A stretch of 27,216 bases of DNA from an uncultured Deinococcales bacterium (GTDB lineage Bacteria > Deinococcota > Deinococci > Deinococcales > JAAFIG01), in the NCBI GenBank assembly GCA_964247135.1, contig CAXTTL010000036.1, forward strand, positions 1 to 27,216. The letters are read 5' to 3'. Positions 24,806 to 27,216 of this stretch are shown here, piece after piece. Each line of letters starts with the position of its first letter. Within the stretch, counting starts at the first letter, position 1. The notes beneath the pieces were generated by a model. The model was not told the DNA's origin. It was given only the letters and a program-made list of their open reading frames with translations, and ran no database searches. The position numbers and the translations under genes were made by a program.

Positions 24806-27202
24806 ATGAAACGCTTCATCTTGCTTGGCGTGATCGTCTCGGGTTTGAGTGGCTGTCAAGGCTCGAGCATCGCAAGCCTTGAGCCAAATACTTTGGTGGT
24901 GGCGACCACGGGTTCGGACAGCAACCCTGGCACGCTCGAGAAACCGTTCAAGACCGTTCAAAAATGTGCGGATGTCGCGTTGCCTGGGTTTACCTGTGCG
25001 ATTCGGGCGGGAACCTACCGCGAGACGGTGCGCCCCGCCAGTTCTGGCTCGAGTGACAAAAGAATTGTCTTTAAGTCTTTCCCTGGCGAGACGGTGCTGA
25101 TTTCGGGGGCGGACGTGGTGGGCAATTGGACGACGTTTCAGGGCAGCATTCAACAAGCCAGCTTGCCCGCAGGCAGCGATTTGGGCAAGGGCAAAAATCA
25201 GGTTTTTGTCGATGGTCGTATGATGCTCGAGGCAAGGTATCCAAACGCGGGTTTGGATTTGCTGCATCCCAAACTGGGCGGTTTTCAGCAGCCCAGCGGT
25301 TCGGGTGTGACCTGGACGATTGCCGCGCCCAACCTGCCCAGCAATTTAACGGGCGCAAACATCAATTTCATTCCAGGTCCAGCCTGGGTGATCGAAACGG
25401 GCAAGATTGACAGCTCGAGTGCCACAGGTTTCACCTTCAGTTCGCCTGGTGGGCAGATGGTGGAACGCCCATCGTTTTACCCAGCCCTGTACGAACCTCG
25501 AGATGGCAACCCTTACTTTATTTGGGGAAAACTCGAGCTGCTCGATAGCCCTGGCGAGTGGTTCGTTCAAAACCAGACTTTGTACCTCGAGCCTTTGACT
25601 GCGGATTTGAAGGCGCATGTGGTCGAATTTAAGCGTCGTTCGTTGGCATTTGACCTCAAAGACCGATCATTTATCACCCTGCAAAATCTGCACGTTTTCG
25701 CCGCCACCATCAGTACGGGCGACCCGCAAAACCCTGGCGCAACCAGCTCGAGCAACATTGTCTTGGATGGTGTTCATGTGCGTTACCCATCGCATTACAC
25801 GTTTGTCACCCCAGGGCAATCTTGGGGGGCTGGACTCGACACGGGCATCATGCTTTTTGGCAGCAACCACACCCTGAAAAACTCGAGCGTCGCGTTCAGC
25901 GCGGGCAACGGTGTGGTGCTTGATGGCAAAAACCACACCCTGACCAATAACGTGATTCACGATGTCGATTACGCCATGACCGATGCGGCGGCGGTGTTTA
26001 CGGGTTTTTATGGGTCTGTCTCGAGTGGACATTTGGTCGAGGGCAACACACTTTACAACGCGGGTCGCAGCGTTTTGGTGCACCGCTCGAGCAGCCTGAA
26101 AATTTTGCACAACCATCTCTACAACGGTGGTTTGCTGACCAACGATTTGGGCTTGACCTACACGTTTCAATCCGACGGGGCTGGCACGGAAATTGCCTAC
26201 AACCTCGTGCATGACAATTTTGCACCCTCGGAGAGCATGGGTATTTACCTGGACAACGGCTCGAGAAACTACCTGGTGCATCACAACATCGTCTGGAATG
26301 TGCGAAATGCCCTGAATCTCAATTTGCCCAGCACCAACAACAAGGTGTACAACAACACCCTGCTCGGCTGGAACGAATCGGTCGGTGGTGGTGCTGCGGT
26401 GGTGACCGATTGCATTGCGACCAACAGCGATGTCAGCAACAATATTTTCAATGCGAATCTCAACCTGGGTGGCGTGTTTGACGGCACGAAATGCCCAGCG
26501 GGACAGGGACTCCCAACCTTCTCGAGCAACCTGACCCAAGACATCAACCCGAAATTCTCGAGCGCCGCGACCAGCGATTTTTCCTTGCAGGCTGGCTCGA
26601 GCGCGATTGATGCGGGCAAAGTGATTGCGGGCATCACGGACGGCTTTGCGGGGGCTGCACCCGATATTGGGGCGCTCGAGCGAGGAACAACGCCGTTTCA
26701 GGCGGGCGCAAGTTTACAAGTGCCGTGCGTTTACGGCGACGATTGCACACCAAAAGTTGAGCGTCAGTACGGCATTTTGGGGCAGTATTTCAGCGACGAA
26801 ACCCTGACCATGCTTGTCACCACGCGCCTCGATCCGCAAATCAATTTTGGTTACTTTGGCGACACCCAATCACCCCCAGGCGTGTTCTTGCCGAGCGGCA
26901 AAAATTACGGCGTGCGCTGGTCTGGAATGCTCGAGGTACCCGAAACCGCCAACTGGACGTTTTACCTGACCGCCGACGACGGGGCGCGATTGTGGGTGAA
27001 CGATCAACCACTCATCAACCGACCCGATTACAAAGACCCACCCGTAGACCAAGCCAGCATTCCATTGCAAGTCGGACAGAAGTACAAGATCAAACTTGAG
27101 TTTCGCCAAGGCAGCAGTGGCGCTCGAGCGCTGCTGGAATGGAGCAACGATGCGGGTTTGGGACGCCAGGTTGTGCCGAGACAGGCGTTCTCGCCAAATT
27201 AA
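24806..27202 (+). CDS. Secreted lipoprotein with a right-handed parallel beta-helix and a C-terminal PA14 domain
   Basis: Lipobox LSGC, GSDSNPGTLEKPFKTVQK/IRAGTYRE N-terminal motif, repeated N-x-I-x-N beta-helix rungs, VRWSG...FYLTADDGARLWVND PA14 motif. Confidence 0.88.
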   Translation: MKRFILLGVIVSGLSGCQGSSIASLEPNTLVVATTGSDSNPGTLEKPFKTVQKCADVALPGFTCAIRAGTYRETVRPASSGSSDKRIVFKSFPGETVLISGADVVGNWTTFQGSIQQASLPAGSDLGKGKNQVFVDGRMMLEARYPNAGLDLLHPKLGGFQQPSGSGVTWTIAAPNLPSNLTGANINFIPGPAWVIETGKIDSSSATGFTFSSPGGQMVERPSFYPALYEPRDGNPYFIWGKLELLDSPGEWFVQNQTLYLEPLTADLKAHVVEFKRRSLAFDLKDRSFITLQNLHVFAATISTGDPQNPGATSSSNIVLDGVHVRYPSHYTFVTPGQSWGAGLDTGIMLFGSNHTLKNSSVAFSAGNGVVLDGKNHTLTNNVIHDVDYAMTDAAAVFTGFYGSVSSGHLVEGNTLYNAGRSVLVHRSSSLKILHNHLYNGGLLTNDLGLTYTFQSDGAGTEIAYNLVHDNFAPSESMGIYLDNGSRNYLVHHNIVWNVRNALNLNLPSTNNKVYNNTLLGWNESVGGGAAVVTDCIATNSDVSNNIFNANLNLGGVFDGTKCPAGQGLPTFSSNLTQDINPKFSSAATSDFSLQAGSSAIDAGKVIAGITDGFAGAAPDIGALERGTTPFQAGASLQVPCVYGDDCTPKVERQYGILGQYFSDETLTMLVTTRLDPQINFGYFGDTQSPPGVFLPSGKNYGVRWSGMLEVPETANWTFYLTADDGARLWVNDQPLINRPDYKDPPVDQASIPLQVGQKYKIKLEFRQGSSGARALLEWSNDAGLGRQVVPRQAFSPN

Positions 27203-27216
27203 ACTTGAGTGTCTTG

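Noticed and set aside
25667-26539. Long antisense ORFs (290 aa here, also 22805..23530, 6098..6706, 2154..2678)
   Set aside because: They are shadows of well-supported genes on the opposite strand and have no motifs of their own.

Overview
Bacterial chromosomal window, most likely from a Deinococcota (Deinococcus-Thermus) lineage, judged from the rpmF-fabH-fabD-fabG / acpP-fabF order without plsX and the many -10 boxes sitting right before start codons. It opens with the 3' part of tRNA-Gly(GCC), followed by a MarR/VOC islet and a toxin-antitoxin cluster (two PemK/MazF modules plus remnants). Next come a TetA(P)-like MFS transporter and a fragmented, partly inverted fatty-acid synthesis cluster, interrupted by an HNH gene pair and a Cys-rich YkgJ-like gene. 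Then a tandemly duplicated ArsR-SRPBCC unit, allE, a Tat Rieske protein, an RsmC-like methyltransferase, a complete PvuII-like C-R/M system with intact C-boxes, an unusually long alanyl-tRNA synthetase with a lineage-specific insert, and a beta-helix/PA14 lipoprotein. The strongest unexplained signal spans the whole window: the palindrome CTCGAG occurs about 195-200 times by hand count (about 7 expected), like cyanobacterial HIP1, while GGCC is almost absent and no CAGCTG was found. All counts are manual and should be recomputed.
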